Below are positions 24,977 to 36,625 of a stretch of 64,000 nt of DNA, in pieces (position 1 is the stretch's first letter; every line of letters begins with the position of its first letter). The stretch covers positions 51,648,001 through 51,712,000 of the forward strand of contig NC_045697.1 in the NCBI RefSeq assembly GCF_009834535.1. The letters run 5' to 3'. Under the pieces are notes generated by a model. The model was not told the origin of the DNA. It saw only the letters and a list, made by a program, of their open reading frames with translations, and did not search any database. Source of the stretch: Camelus ferus (taxonomy: Eukaryota). The translations under genes were made by a program, and so were the position numbers.

Positions 24977-26487
24977 TTTTGGAGTCATATCAAGGAACAT
25001 TTGGAAGAATTTTAAATTTTAATTACTCCCTTATTTCTGTTTAAATCCCAGGAAGACTCAGATTTTCTATTATCATTCAGAATTTCCAAGCAAAAATTTT
25101 CAAAGACTTGAGGAAAAAGAGAAAGATAATAAAAACAATAGAAGGCAGACAACATTATCTGTTTATGTTAGTTGAGTATAAAGTTAAATATATTAATTGT
25201 TAAGCCAAACTTATCAAGGAAAGGAGGGAGGTAATTTATGGTGCTAATCAAAGATAAGGATGCAATGAATTTCCTTAAATCAAGGGAAAAAAAAAAAGGG
25301 GAAATCAAGGAAAATGAGAATTCTTCCTCAATTTTTCCTTGTCCCATAGTGGAATTATTCTTCCAAAAACAAACGATTGAATATAAAGCCCTAAAGTCCA
25401 AATTTACCCTTCTAAGATACTGGTTTTCCTCTGAAGGAAAGGACTGTGGGAGCAACACTGCCTCAACCACTAGCCAGAGCATGAACTCAACGACCTAGTA
25501 AGGCTTTTCCATTTCTAATTTCTCGATCCTTGTATTCATGAATTTTCCTGTTTAAATTTTTTTCTTTCAATAGGACTTCCAAAAACTCTTGTGGAAAAGG
25601 TCCAAGATGGAAATTGCTTATTCACTGATAGGAGGGGAAAAGAAAACTTATTCATTTCACTGCATTAAGTAGAGAGAGTAAATATTTACTCCCTCATTTA
25701 TTTAACAAATATTCTTTTGAGTGCCTGCTATGTGCCAGGCTCTCTTCTATGAGTATGAAATGGTAGCATCCAAATTTCTAATCAACCTAATGCCTTGGGT
25801 AAAGAAATAATGATATTAAGAGTAGTGTATACACAGCATGCTTGATTTTCTGATCTGCAGATGAAAAATCAGTATTACATAAAGCAGGGGAGGGTTCTAT
25901 GTGAGAGGAAGATTCTTGTCCTCAATGAGCAACAAAGTAATTCTATATGTGCTGCTATCATCCCCATTTCCTCATTCTGCAAGTCTTATAGCTGTGTTCT
26001 TTGAGGCTGCAGGAGGTGGAGACAGGGAGAGGACAGCCAGTTGGTCTGGCTTTCATGGTTCTATAGTGGTGAGTCCCGTGTTTCTACTCTCACATTTCCC
26101 TGTGTTAGTTCTAGGTGTCAAGGATCCTAGGAGCTGGAATAAAGCTTATCACCAGTTAGGGAAAAAAGGACATGATTTTCTCTGGATGTGCTCAGGTTGT
26201 AGTAGTTAAAGTACTCTGCAACTTTCATAGGATGGAAATTGTGGTAGAAACTTGTAATTGAAAGTGAATAAAGCAGAGGTCAATGCCTTCAAGGAGCTTG
26301 CAGTTTAGAGGGGGAGGTGGATATAAATCTAGTCAATTATGATGCAGTAAAGTTCTGTACTTACACTTGGAAAAAAGTTGAGTAGAAAATTTCTCAGATT
26401 TATTTGACCATAGGAAAAAAATAAAAAATTATAATCTATTTAATCAACGTAGATGAAAGTTCATTCAATATATTAAAGTGTGGGAAA

Positions 26488-28480
26488 GTACTTCATTAAA
26501 ATTAAAAACATTTGCTCTGTGAAAGTCAAGGTCAGAAGAATGACAAGACAAGACAAACCACAGACTGGGAGGAAATATTTACAAAACTTTTTTTTTTTTG
26601 CAAAAAATAAAGGACTGCTATCTAAAATATACAAAGAACACTTAAACAAAACAAGAAAAAAAACCTAGTTAAAAAACAGGCCAAACTTTTAACAGACACC
26701 TCACCAAAGAAAATATACAGATAGCAAATAAACATATGAAAAGATGCTCCCCATCATGTGCCATCAGGGAAATGTGAATTAAAACAATGAGATACCACTG
26801 CACACCTACTAGAGAATGTTTGAAATCTGGAACAGAGACACACCAAATGCTGGTTAAGATGTGAAAAAACAGGAACTCTCATTTATTGATGGTGAGAATG
26901 CAAAACAGTACAGCCGCTTTAGAAGATAATGACTAAAACTAAAATTACTGTTAACATATGATCCAGTAATTCATGCTCCTTGGTATTTATCCAAAGGGGT
27001 TGAAAATGTACATCCTCACGAAAAACCTCTTATAAATGTTTCTAACAGTGTTATTAATAATTCACAGAACTTGGAAGCAACCAAGATGTCCTTCAGTAGT
27101 TGAATAAACTATAGTAGTTCATTCAGACAATGGTATATTATTCAGTGCTAAAGAGAAATGAGCTATCCAGCCATAAAAAGACATGGAGGAAAAGTAAATG
27201 CATATTGCTAAGTGAAAGAAGCCAGTCTGAAAAAGTTACATTCTGCATGATCTCAACTGGATGACATTCTGGAAAAGGCAAAACTATGGAGACAGTGAAA
27301 ACATCAGTGGTTGCCTGGGATTGAGGGGTGGGGAGGGATAAAAAGATGGCACATAGAAGATTTTTAGGGCAATGAAAATACTCTGTATGATATTATAATG
27401 ATGGAGACATGTCATTATACATTTGTCCAAACCCATACAATGTACAAAAACAAACTATGGACTTTGGGTGATAATGATATGTCAATGTGGGGTCATCAAT
27501 TCTAACAAATGTACCACTCTTTTGTTACATTTTGGGGGATGTTGATAATAGGGCAGGCTATTGATGTTTGAGAGTAGGGAGTATATGGGAAATCTCATTA
27601 TTTCCTTCTTTATTTTAAACATTTTTTATTGAGTTATAGTCATTTTACAATGTTGTATCAAATTCCAGTGTAGAGCACAATTTTTCAGTTATACATGAAC
27701 ATACATTTATTCATTGTCACATTTTTTTTTCATTGTGAGCTACCACAAGATCTTGTATATATTTCCCTGTGCTATACAGTATAATCTTGTTTATCTATTC
27801 TGCATATGCCTGTCAGTATCTACAAATTTTGAAATCCCAGTCTGTCCCTTCCCACCCCCTGCCCCCTTGGCAACCACAAGTTTGTATTCTATGTCTAGGA
27901 GTCTGTTTCTGTTTTGTATTTATGTTTTGTTTTGTTTTGTTTTTAAGATTCCACATATGAGCAATCTCATATGGTATTTTGCTTTCTCTTTCTGGCTTAC
28001 TTCACTTAGAATGACATTCTCCAGGAGCATCCATGTTGCTGCAAATGGCATTATGTTGTCGGTTTTATGGCTGAATAGTATTCCATTGTATAAATATACC
28101 ACATCTTCTTTATCCACTCATCTGTTGATGGACATTTAGGCTGTTTCCATGTTTTGGTCATTGTAAATAGTGCTGCTATGAACATTGGGGTGCAGGTGTC
28201 TTTTTGAAGTAGGCTTCCTTCTGGATATATGCCCAGGGGCAGGATTCCTGGGTCATATGATAAGTCTATTCGTAGTCTTTTGAGGAATCTCCAAACTGTT
28301 TTCCACAGAGGCTGCATCAAACTTCATTCCCACCAGCAGTGTAGGAGAGTTCCCTTTTCTCCACGGCCTCTCCAGCATTAGTCAATTGTGGACTTTTGAA
28401 TGATGGCCATTCTGACTGGTGTGAGGTTATTTCCCTCTTAATTCTGCTCTGAACCTTAAACTGCTCTAAAGAATATTCTT
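26488..28480 (+). mobile_element. Old L1 (L1MB/L1MC-like) 3' end interrupted by a young L1 (pieces about 26488-27610 and 28427-28480)
   Basis: Degenerate ORF2 end and 3' UTR (ACATGGAGGAAA...TGCATATTGCTAAGTGAAAGAAGCCAGTCTGAAAA). The terminal motif GGGAAATCTC...TTCC.TCTTAATTCTGCTCTGAACCTTAAACTGCTCTAAA resumes after the insert. Confidence 0.85.
27611..28426 (-). mobile_element. Young 5'-truncated LINE-1 nested in the older L1
   Basis: ORF 28051-28320 peptide is almost identical to that of 14511-15059. TSD TTATTTCCTTCTT (27598-27610) / TTATTTCCCTCTT (28427-28439). Confidence 0.95.
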
Positions 28481-29616
28481 AAATGTGCAGAAAAGGTAAA
28501 CAGCAGAAACAACAACAAACGTAGAAATGAATTATTTGCTGTTAGAAAGACAAAAATTTTATTTTTATGTCCAATGCACAATAAATATTAGGTATCAGAA
28601 TGTCAAGTTATGACAAGATAGACAACATTGATCTCTGTCAGCATCAAACAGAAAATACACACATACACACAGAACTCTCAGCTTATTTAACTGCTGCCAA
28701 TACAAGAAAGCACAGATTAAAATATCCATACATCAACTGTTCTCATGAAACTTAAGTCTTAAAGAGGATGATTTTGTAATTAGGGAGACTACATACATGT
28801 GGTTAGTTTAGAAATTGTTTCTCTTCTTACAACATATTTTTGAGGAAAACAAATATTGGTACAGTATTTTATGGAGCACCTATTAGCATCTCGTGTAATT
28901 TGCCGTTCTTTGCCTTAAGGGACAGGAAGAGGAAGGGTCTTACAAACTGAAAAATCACTATGAGCAAGTGTGTAGACATGAGATGTGGGAAACAACACTG
29001 CAGCTGGAGGCAAAGAAACAAGCAGAGAAGGGCAGAGATTTGATGCTAGGCAGGCAGGGGTCAGTTTGTGGAAGGAACTCAATGACTTCTCTGGTGAAAT
29101 TAAAAGTTCATAACGTTTAAGTTTGTATTTTCCTACTTTTCTTAGATTTGCCATATTTCATCATCAGTGAGCCATCTGTACATATGCCAAACAGATTCAT
29201 GTATTAAAAAAATCTTCATTTAAACCCTTGCTATGGTCTAGACAATGTGCTAGACAGTTTAAATCCAAGATTATGTTAATTTTCATGAACATTTTGCAAA
29301 AGCAGTATTAGTAAGCCAATTTTAGAGTTGAGAAGACTGAGGTGGAATCTGTATGTGAATCCTACCTCTCTCAAAGTTCATTCTACTTTAGCAATTGGTC
29401 ATTGTAATGGCAATTCCCCAAGTGTATTCCTCGGAGCATAAAGCGTGAGAAAAAAGCATTCTGTGCTCACATCAATGTGGGCCAAAGCACTACATCTCTC
29501 TCTTGAAGACTTACAATGCACTTAGGATTATAAAGTCCGTGAAGTTTTGAAATAAATAAATCCATTTCATTCTGTTCAAATGAGCAGTTCACAAACTTCA
29601 GTTGATTGTCAGAGAA

Positions 29617-29741
29617 TCCTTCTTCTCCTTCTTCTTCTCCTTCCTCTTCCTCTTCCTCTTCCTCTTCCTCTTCCTCTTCCTCTTCCTCTTCTTCTTCTTC
29701 TTCTTCTTCTTCTTCTTCTTCTTCTTCTTCTTTTTTTTTTT
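29617..29741. repeat. Compound (CTCTTC)n-(CTT)n-(T)n polypyrimidine tract
   Basis: 125 nt of uninterrupted pyrimidines on the + strand. Confidence 0.98.
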
Positions 29742-31299
29742 GGTAAAACATCTAACATTCCACATCACACTTTGGGAAACTTTGTCTTGCAGTACATTGG
29801 GAGAACCTTATTAATAAGAACTCAACTTATTTAGAATCCAAGAATATAAACCTTATTATATACTCTCAATGTTTGTCAGAATGAGGGTCATGAACTCAGT
29901 GGGTTGTGAAATCAATGAAGTGTATATCCTGAGGATTTGGGAAAACTAAACGAAACAAATGGGATAGCAAGTATCAGGGTGGTTGTACCTAGTAAGTACT
30001 GAATCATGAAACTTTTATTGGGTCACAGTGCAAAATACATCTTTTCACTGTCATGGCCAAAAAATTCTAAAGCCACTGTTTTCATGAAAGTCACATGAAT
30101 TCCTTATTGTACCAGAAGTTATGATAATGATAAACGTCTGAATTTTATGAAACCAAAACAAAAAGGACTGCTCTAACTCCATGCTAAATACAATATTTGC
30201 TATTCCTTAAAATCAGAGAACTGTAGAGCTGAAATATCTCATAGGCGGAAAACCAAAACAGAATTTTAGAGATTTGTGAAGGCCAGACAGCTGTTAGCGG
30301 GGCCTAGACCCTAGGGTTTCTGATTTGTACTCTATTATTCTTTTACTTGTTGCCATAAGTTGATATAATTTTTATTTATACAATATAAAGATTATTTCTT
30401 TATAATAAATAAGAAAATTAGGTACAAAATTCAACAAATCACTCCCAGATAGTAAGTCAATGACAGGTTACAAAACTGCTGAAGGCTTTAATTGAAGGAA
30501 AAAACTGCTTTAGAGATACTTCGGTGCTGAGGTCTAAACAGGATCCAGCTAATAACTAATTAATGTAATACCCCACGTTACTAGGTGGGGCCATTTGGTT
30601 TCTCGTTTGAACATGTAAGTGCCCTGTATACACGATTTTGAGAAGACTTAGCAGACAACACATCAGTGAACACAAACCACCTGTAAGGTAAAGATGCAAC
30701 GATTAAATAATGAATCAAAGTATGCCCTCCAAACCCTCCAAACTCACACCGTTTTTAAAAGAAAAGGAACTATGACGTATTGAGACATCCCTTACCAAAA
30801 CAAACAGTAGTTTCTGCACATTTTCTTTTAGGCAGGCCTCTGAAAGACTCCTTCCAGTTGAAGTCTTGAAAATCAGACCTAAATTTGTGCCTTTTCACTC
30901 TTGTCTCATGATCTGTTCTAGAGAGGGAGTGTCAGAAACCGGTCAGTGGAAGTTGGAAGTATTTCCTTTTCCATCCCTCTCCTCCCTGGAAAGTTGCCCA
31001 CAGGAGTCAACGCTAAGGAAGTGGGCCTGGGCTTGGATTCCAGCAAACTCTGAAGTCTCTGGAGCCCAGGTTGGTGTTATCTCTTCCCAGGAAGCTCCGA
31101 GCCACACAGGGCAGAAATCATTTGATAACTTAATCTTGGTGAGAGGAAGAGACGCTAGGCCTGTGTGTGTACTCTTGTGATAAACGGAAGCATCCGGGTG
31201 ACTCAAGAAAGACACATGGCATCGTTTAAAACTAATATAAACTAATAAAGCATAAACAACTTAAAGGGGGGAAGAAGCACATCCCAAAAGAAAAAAAGA

Positions 31300-33370
31300 A
31301 AAAACGTGCTAGGCGTCTGGTGTCCGGAGGGGAGGTGACCGCGTCCTAATGACCGGACCGGAAGGTTCCCGGGGTTCTCTCCGGGGAGACGGGTCCCCGG
31401 CTGGGAGAGCAGTGGAGGTAGGACGAGGTGAATTTCCTAAAGCCCAGGACCGGCCTTTGGACCCTCCCCCTTCCTATAATTAACTCAAAGCAGGTCCCGC
31501 CAGTCGGGGTCCGTGGCTCTCCTGGACTGCCACCTCCCCTCGCCCATCTCGCGGGGAAGGACAGGATCCCGGGTTGAGGGGAGGTGTGTGGGTCGAATCC
31601 GGGCCACTCGAGTCCCCTCGTGGTTTCAAACCCTGACCCTGCCTGGGGCCAGCCGCCGGCGGCGTCCTCCCCACTCCTCCCCGCTCCTCCAGCGCCGGCC
31701 GCGCCCGCCCGGGCGGGCGCAGGGGGCGCGGGCCCCGGCCTCGCGTGACGTGGGCGCAGCGGCGGGAGGGGCCGCCCGGGGGGCTCCGGCCGCCTTATTA
31801 GCGCCCTGCGGGTCGCCGGCAGCGAGCAGACGGCCGCTCTGCGAGCAACAGGAGCCGGCGAGCGGCCCACTCCTCCCACCTCCTCTGCCTGCCTCCTCCT
31901 CCTCCCCTCCGGCTCCTCCCGCCCCCACCTCTGTGCGAGCGGCGGAGTCGCCCTCTCCCTGCGTCTTTCTCCCGCTCCCGCTCGCTCGTCTCTCTCTTTA
32001 ATACTTCCCCCTGCTGTGCTCCAGGGGACCCAAGCATTCTCAGCGCTAACCTTAGGGACCAATGGTGCTCGAAAAGCCTAGAAAAAGCCGCTTCGGGCAG
32101 AGATAGTTGGAAACCCCTCGTCCCTTCCCCCTCTCCTGGCGCAGCCCGTGCCCAGCTCGCAGCACCTTCTCGCTCCTGCACACTCTGTTTGGGAGGACGG
32201 GGTGAGAAGGTGAAGTGGAAAGAACTGCAGAGCAGAGGGGGCCAGTCTCAGAGCTCAGATTTCATTTTCATTGAAGCAAAGCACGGAAGATCAGTTTTTT
32301 TTTTTAATTCTGTTATTTTTTTCCTTTTTTATTTTGATTTTTACTTTTTAAGAAACTTATTTTGGGGGGATTTGCTCTGGGCATTTGTTTTGCCCAGTGG
32401 TTGAAAAGTGAACTCGACTCGTGATGGTTCTCCTGTCACTTTGGTTGATAGCAGCCGCTCTGGTAGAGGTTAGGACTTCAGCTGATGGACAAGTAAGTGG
32501 AAAATAATAACAATAAAAAACTCAAACCCAACCTTTTCCCGAAAAAGTTCCTCCCCTCTTTCCCCTCCTCTCTCTCCTCCTCCCCCTCCCATCCTTCCCT
32601 GTTATCTTGTGCATTCACGAACGGTGTTTCAAGGGCTGGGTGCAGCGTGCGGGGCTTTCTGGGGGTGGGGGTTTGAATTGCACGGGAGGTTAGGACTCCC
32701 ACTCGGGGAGCCCAGGCTTGTCACACCTAGGGCTTCACTTTGCGGCATTCGTAACAATTCCTGGTGACAAACTGCAGCCAATTCGCATCCTCGCCGGGCC
32801 ATCTGGGTTTCCCCTTTCCGGAGGGCGGTCTGGGCGCTTGAATGAAGTTCTGGACGCTGGGTCCAGGATCCCAGTACTCTGGTTGCTGCAGCCGGAGTCG
32901 GGTTCGCGGGGCTTTCTCTCCTCACTGACTCACAGCTTTTTCGGGCAGCCGGATGCGGGGGTTTCAGGAAGTCCTTGGGCCGGACAGGGAGCGATCCAGT
33001 AGACACGTGTCCTGGGAGGACCGCGGCCGGGCTGGGGTTTGACAGTTGTGGAGGGGGGCCCGGGGACGTTTCCTGCCCTGCATTTTCCTGGGCAGAGGCT
33101 GGAGGCGCCGGCCGCTTTTCTCCCCTCCCCCTCTGCACAACTCCTCCTCTTTTTAAAGCTAAGTTGAGTGCAGCTCTGTTTCTTTTCGGCCCAGCCCCCA
33201 CCCTTTGGAGACTCAAGGTGAAGCCCGATGTTCTCAGAAGAGTCCTTGAGAAGGCTCAGCGGGACAAGCCGAGCCGTTTGTAGTAAATCATCAGCGCAGG
33301 GCCGGTGGGACTTTGGGTACAGAATTTCTCTGTGAGTTTTGGTAGCGTCTCTGGTCCTCCTGGTTCGACC
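31300..33370. promoter_or_regulatory. ADAMTS3: CpG island / ADAMTS3 promoter, 5' UTR and proximal intron 1
   Basis: Abrupt switch from AT-rich, CpG-poor DNA to GC-rich, CpG-dense DNA around coding exon 1. Contains GC-box-like sites, an ETS core CCGGAAG near 31358 and TGACGTGG at 31746. Boundaries are approximate and the TSS cannot be determined from sequence. Confidence 0.9.
32424..32492 (+). CDS. ADAMTS3: ADAMTS3 coding exon 1 (signal peptide MVLLSLWLIAAALVEVRTSADGQ)
   Basis: ATG at 32424 (gtgATGG) followed by 23 codons with a hydrophobic signal peptide, then the canonical donor GTAAGT at 32493. The peptide is recognised as the ADAMTS3 N-terminus and lies in the CpG island. Too short for the ORF track. 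Confidence 0.96.
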
Positions 33371-33777
33371 ATAGGGTAGAAAGTATAAAATTGTCGAGCT
33401 GATTTCTGACTTCAAATCTGATAAATCAGACTTCTTTTTGCACGTATAAATTCAGAGCCTTTCTTTTCTACCGCTGAGGAGTTTTCAGAAGAGAATATTG
33501 AGTGTCAGTATTTATTTTTGCTGGCTTCATGAATGTTAAATTAAAATTGAAATGAGCAAACAACACCCTGTCCCAAATTGTTATTGAACTAGTTCATGCT
33601 TCTGCCGCAAGAACCTTCTACAAGCGGAGGTGCAGCCTTTAGACACCAACCCCGGTCTCCAGCACCTCCTGATTAGCCAGCTCCTGAAAAGCATTAATGG
33701 TAGAAATAAAACTCACAAGGTGATAAGATGAAACCCAGTAACTGTTTCTTTTTCTTACTTTTCCCCCTCCTTTCCAG

Positions 33778-33805
33778 GCTGGTAATGAAGAAATGGTGCA
33801 AATAG
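33778..33805 (+). CDS. ADAMTS3: ADAMTS3 coding exon 2, 28-nt microexon (AGNEEMVQI + first base of D)
   Basis: A long polypyrimidine tract ending TTTCCAG (33777) precedes it, and the donor GTAAGC follows at 33806. It continues the exon 1 frame and joins exon 3 in phase 1 (G+AT = Asp). Confidence 0.95.
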
Positions 33806-36419
33806 GTAAGCCTTGTTCTCAGATGTCACTGTTACCTTAGTAGAAAGTAGGGAATGAAGTAAGCTAAGCAAAATGCTGTTTCTGAAATTTCTACCATTGA
33901 TAGTTAAAGAAATAATTTGTAGTCTAGGAACTTTTCTATTCTTCTCTTCCTATTTCCAGAGGAGGGTCCCACTTTCCTCAGGCTGAATTGTAGTGATGTA
34001 AAAATTCTCCTGCAGTTGGACTTTTCAGGTGTCAATTTATTGCTGTCTTTGGACAAGCCACTGGTAGGTACTTGGAGGGTGATGGAGGGGCTGGAAGAAG
34101 ATACCAAGATAAAGCAAATTAAATCAACTTGTATAGCATGAGGAGCACATCTGATTAGGAGAGAAACAAAGTGTAAGAATGCTACAAAGAAGGGGAAAAT
34201 GAAGTACAGAGAATGGAAAGTTTTCTCTTAAATTTTTCCAGCTTTGAGTAATCCCTCTGATGACTTCTCTTGTGCCATCTGCTTTAAAATAATTATCTAC
34301 TGATGTATAAGATTCTGGTAGGCCTTCTGCAAATAACATCTAAAACCTCAGTATTACTTGATGATATGGGAATTATTCCCATTTTATGGGTGAGGAGACT
34401 GAGGCTCAGAGTGTGACTTGTAACATGTCACTCCAAAGTCCATGGTCTTTTTAAAATCTGTTTATAATAATATATTTGTTCTGAATTCAAAGACTAAAAG
34501 TCATCTGGCAGGAAGCCAGACTCCATTCAAAGTCTTTTTATACACACATTTAACTTGGGTTACCTTAAAAGATACTTTTCTTTTTGGCAGAGTATTAATC
34601 TCTGTAAATTGTGTATTTGTCAAGTGATTTTGTAAAGTCATCCTTTAGACGAAAAGTTTTTATTACTGCAGACACAGTTATAAGTCACTGCCTGTGTGCT
34701 ACATGGCAGGCACAGTGCTAGTGGCTTTATGTGCCTTGTGTCACCTAATTCTCCCCTCTGTGCTGGGGGGGGGGGGGGACACATTGTGCCTAGTTTAGAT
34801 TTGAAGGAAATGAAGCTTGAGAGGTCAGACAGCAACCTGCTGTAGTGCATAGTGGAGAGCTGGGGGGATTCCACACTTGTAAACTAATGAAGGGACCCCA
34901 AGATCCAGGCCCAGAGATATCTGTATGCAGGTGTGTATCATCCTATGTCCGAACGCTCCCTTCCTACTCAGTGCTTACCGTTGTTAGAGCTCCTTCCCAA
35001 ACCTAGACCTCTGCAGGAGGAGCAGGATAAAGGGGAGGAGACTGACTGAGAACTGCACTGAGAAGATAGTGTCTGTGAAGACACATTTGTCGTTTGTAGT
35101 TGCTAGCATTCAGCCATCAATATGTATCTTTTGAAAGAATTTTTTTTTTACCAGTCTTCAAATAGAGAAAACAAAGCTGTCTTACTTTTTATTTCTCAAA
35201 CATTTGATTACTTAAAGGTCCAATGTTTTGATATATAAATTAAAAAGCTAATTTAAGATTACATATTCTACAAGGAATAAAATAGATTGCTTTGATTAAA
35301 TTTTCAGATGGAATTAGCAAGCTCATATGTGAAAGGCCCAGGGTTAGACTTTGGTCCAGTCTTTTTGCTCATATAACTACTTTAGTAGCTCTTTTCTTCA
35401 GGGAAGAAAGTAGTACAAGTACGCTTTAATTTGGTGAGAAAGAGATGAGTAATGATACTATTAGATTGTGTTGCTGGAGGTTTATTTGTTCCCAAGTTCC
35501 TCTGCTTTATGAGATTTCTCCTTTTTATTATTATCATTTCTATTTACCATTTTCAAGTTGAGTGGAGAGAAGAAATAAAGATAAAAATAGACTTGACTCC
35601 TCAGTCTTGTGATTGCAGAATTGTATCATATGGCTTTGGGTTATAACATTTATGTAGTTTTTAAGAGGAATTTAAAAATACATTTCAAAAATTTTATGTG
35701 CAGTAATGAGATTTCTTTCCCCTGTTCCCATGCATAAGGGGATTGCTAACCTGGAGGTTTGGTAAAATGTACTCCTCTACATATAATTAATTTTTCCCCA
35801 TAATTGATTTAAAAACAGCTTTATGTATCTGCTTGGAGGTGCTATTTGGTCAGTGACACAATTAGGAAAGACTAATAAGGTTTGTGGAATTAATTAGTTT
35901 ATATTTATTGGTCTATAAATTGGCTAGAGAAAATTCCATGTTTCCAAATAATTTGTGAATAGTTTACTGTCTCAGGAAGAGATAAATATGAATTAGTAAC
36001 AAACCACAAGTTTTTAGGAAGCTGAATTAAAAACAAATACTTTCTATTGAGATATAATACACCTGCAGAATAGAGTGTGTAAGTGGCACCTTGCTGATTC
36101 CTCACTAAGGGAGCACATGTAGGTACCAGCACCTCTGTCCATAAAAACAGCGCTAGTGCTTGGGCCACTTCCTTAGCACTAGCCCCACACAAAGGATGAC
36201 TTGATTTCTAACAGAATAGATTAATTCTGCCAATTCTGTAAATGCTTTTAAAGACTAGAAACACAATACATACTTTTTTAGTATTTGGCTTAGGAAACCA
36301 ATTAAAAATATATATCTGATCTGCTTCACCCCCCTAGGCTAGAAAGGCTTTTATTTAAGTGGGAGAAGGCAGTCTCTGATGGGGGCAGGTTAGAAAATAC
36401 ACACACACACACACACATA

Positions 36420-36625
36420 CTCATATACTAACTACTGTATATAAAAATAGATAAACAGCAAGTTTCTTCTGTATAGCACAGGGAACTATATTCAATATCT
36501 TGTAGTAACCTATAATTAAAAAGAGTATGAAAAGGAATGTATGTCTGTGTGTGTATGACTGAAACGTTGCGCTATACACCAGAAATTGACACAACATTGT
36601 AAACTGACTCTACTTCAATAAAAAA
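36420..36625 (+). mobile_element. Short LINE-1 3' UTR end, sense orientation in intron 2
   Basis: TATAGCACAGGGAACTATATTCAATATCTTG...ACACAACATTGTAAACTGACTCTACTTCAATAAAAA. Confidence 0.85.

Noticed and set aside
29467..29834. Poly-Glu, poly-Leu/Pro and poly-Phe ORFs
   Set aside because: They are translations of the CTT/CTCTTC microsatellite, with no gene structure.
31346..33415. Many overlapping 100-240 aa ORFs on both strands
   Set aside because: Stop-codon scarcity in a GC-rich CpG island explains them. They are low-complexity Arg/Gly/Pro/Ala peptides with no recognisable domain.
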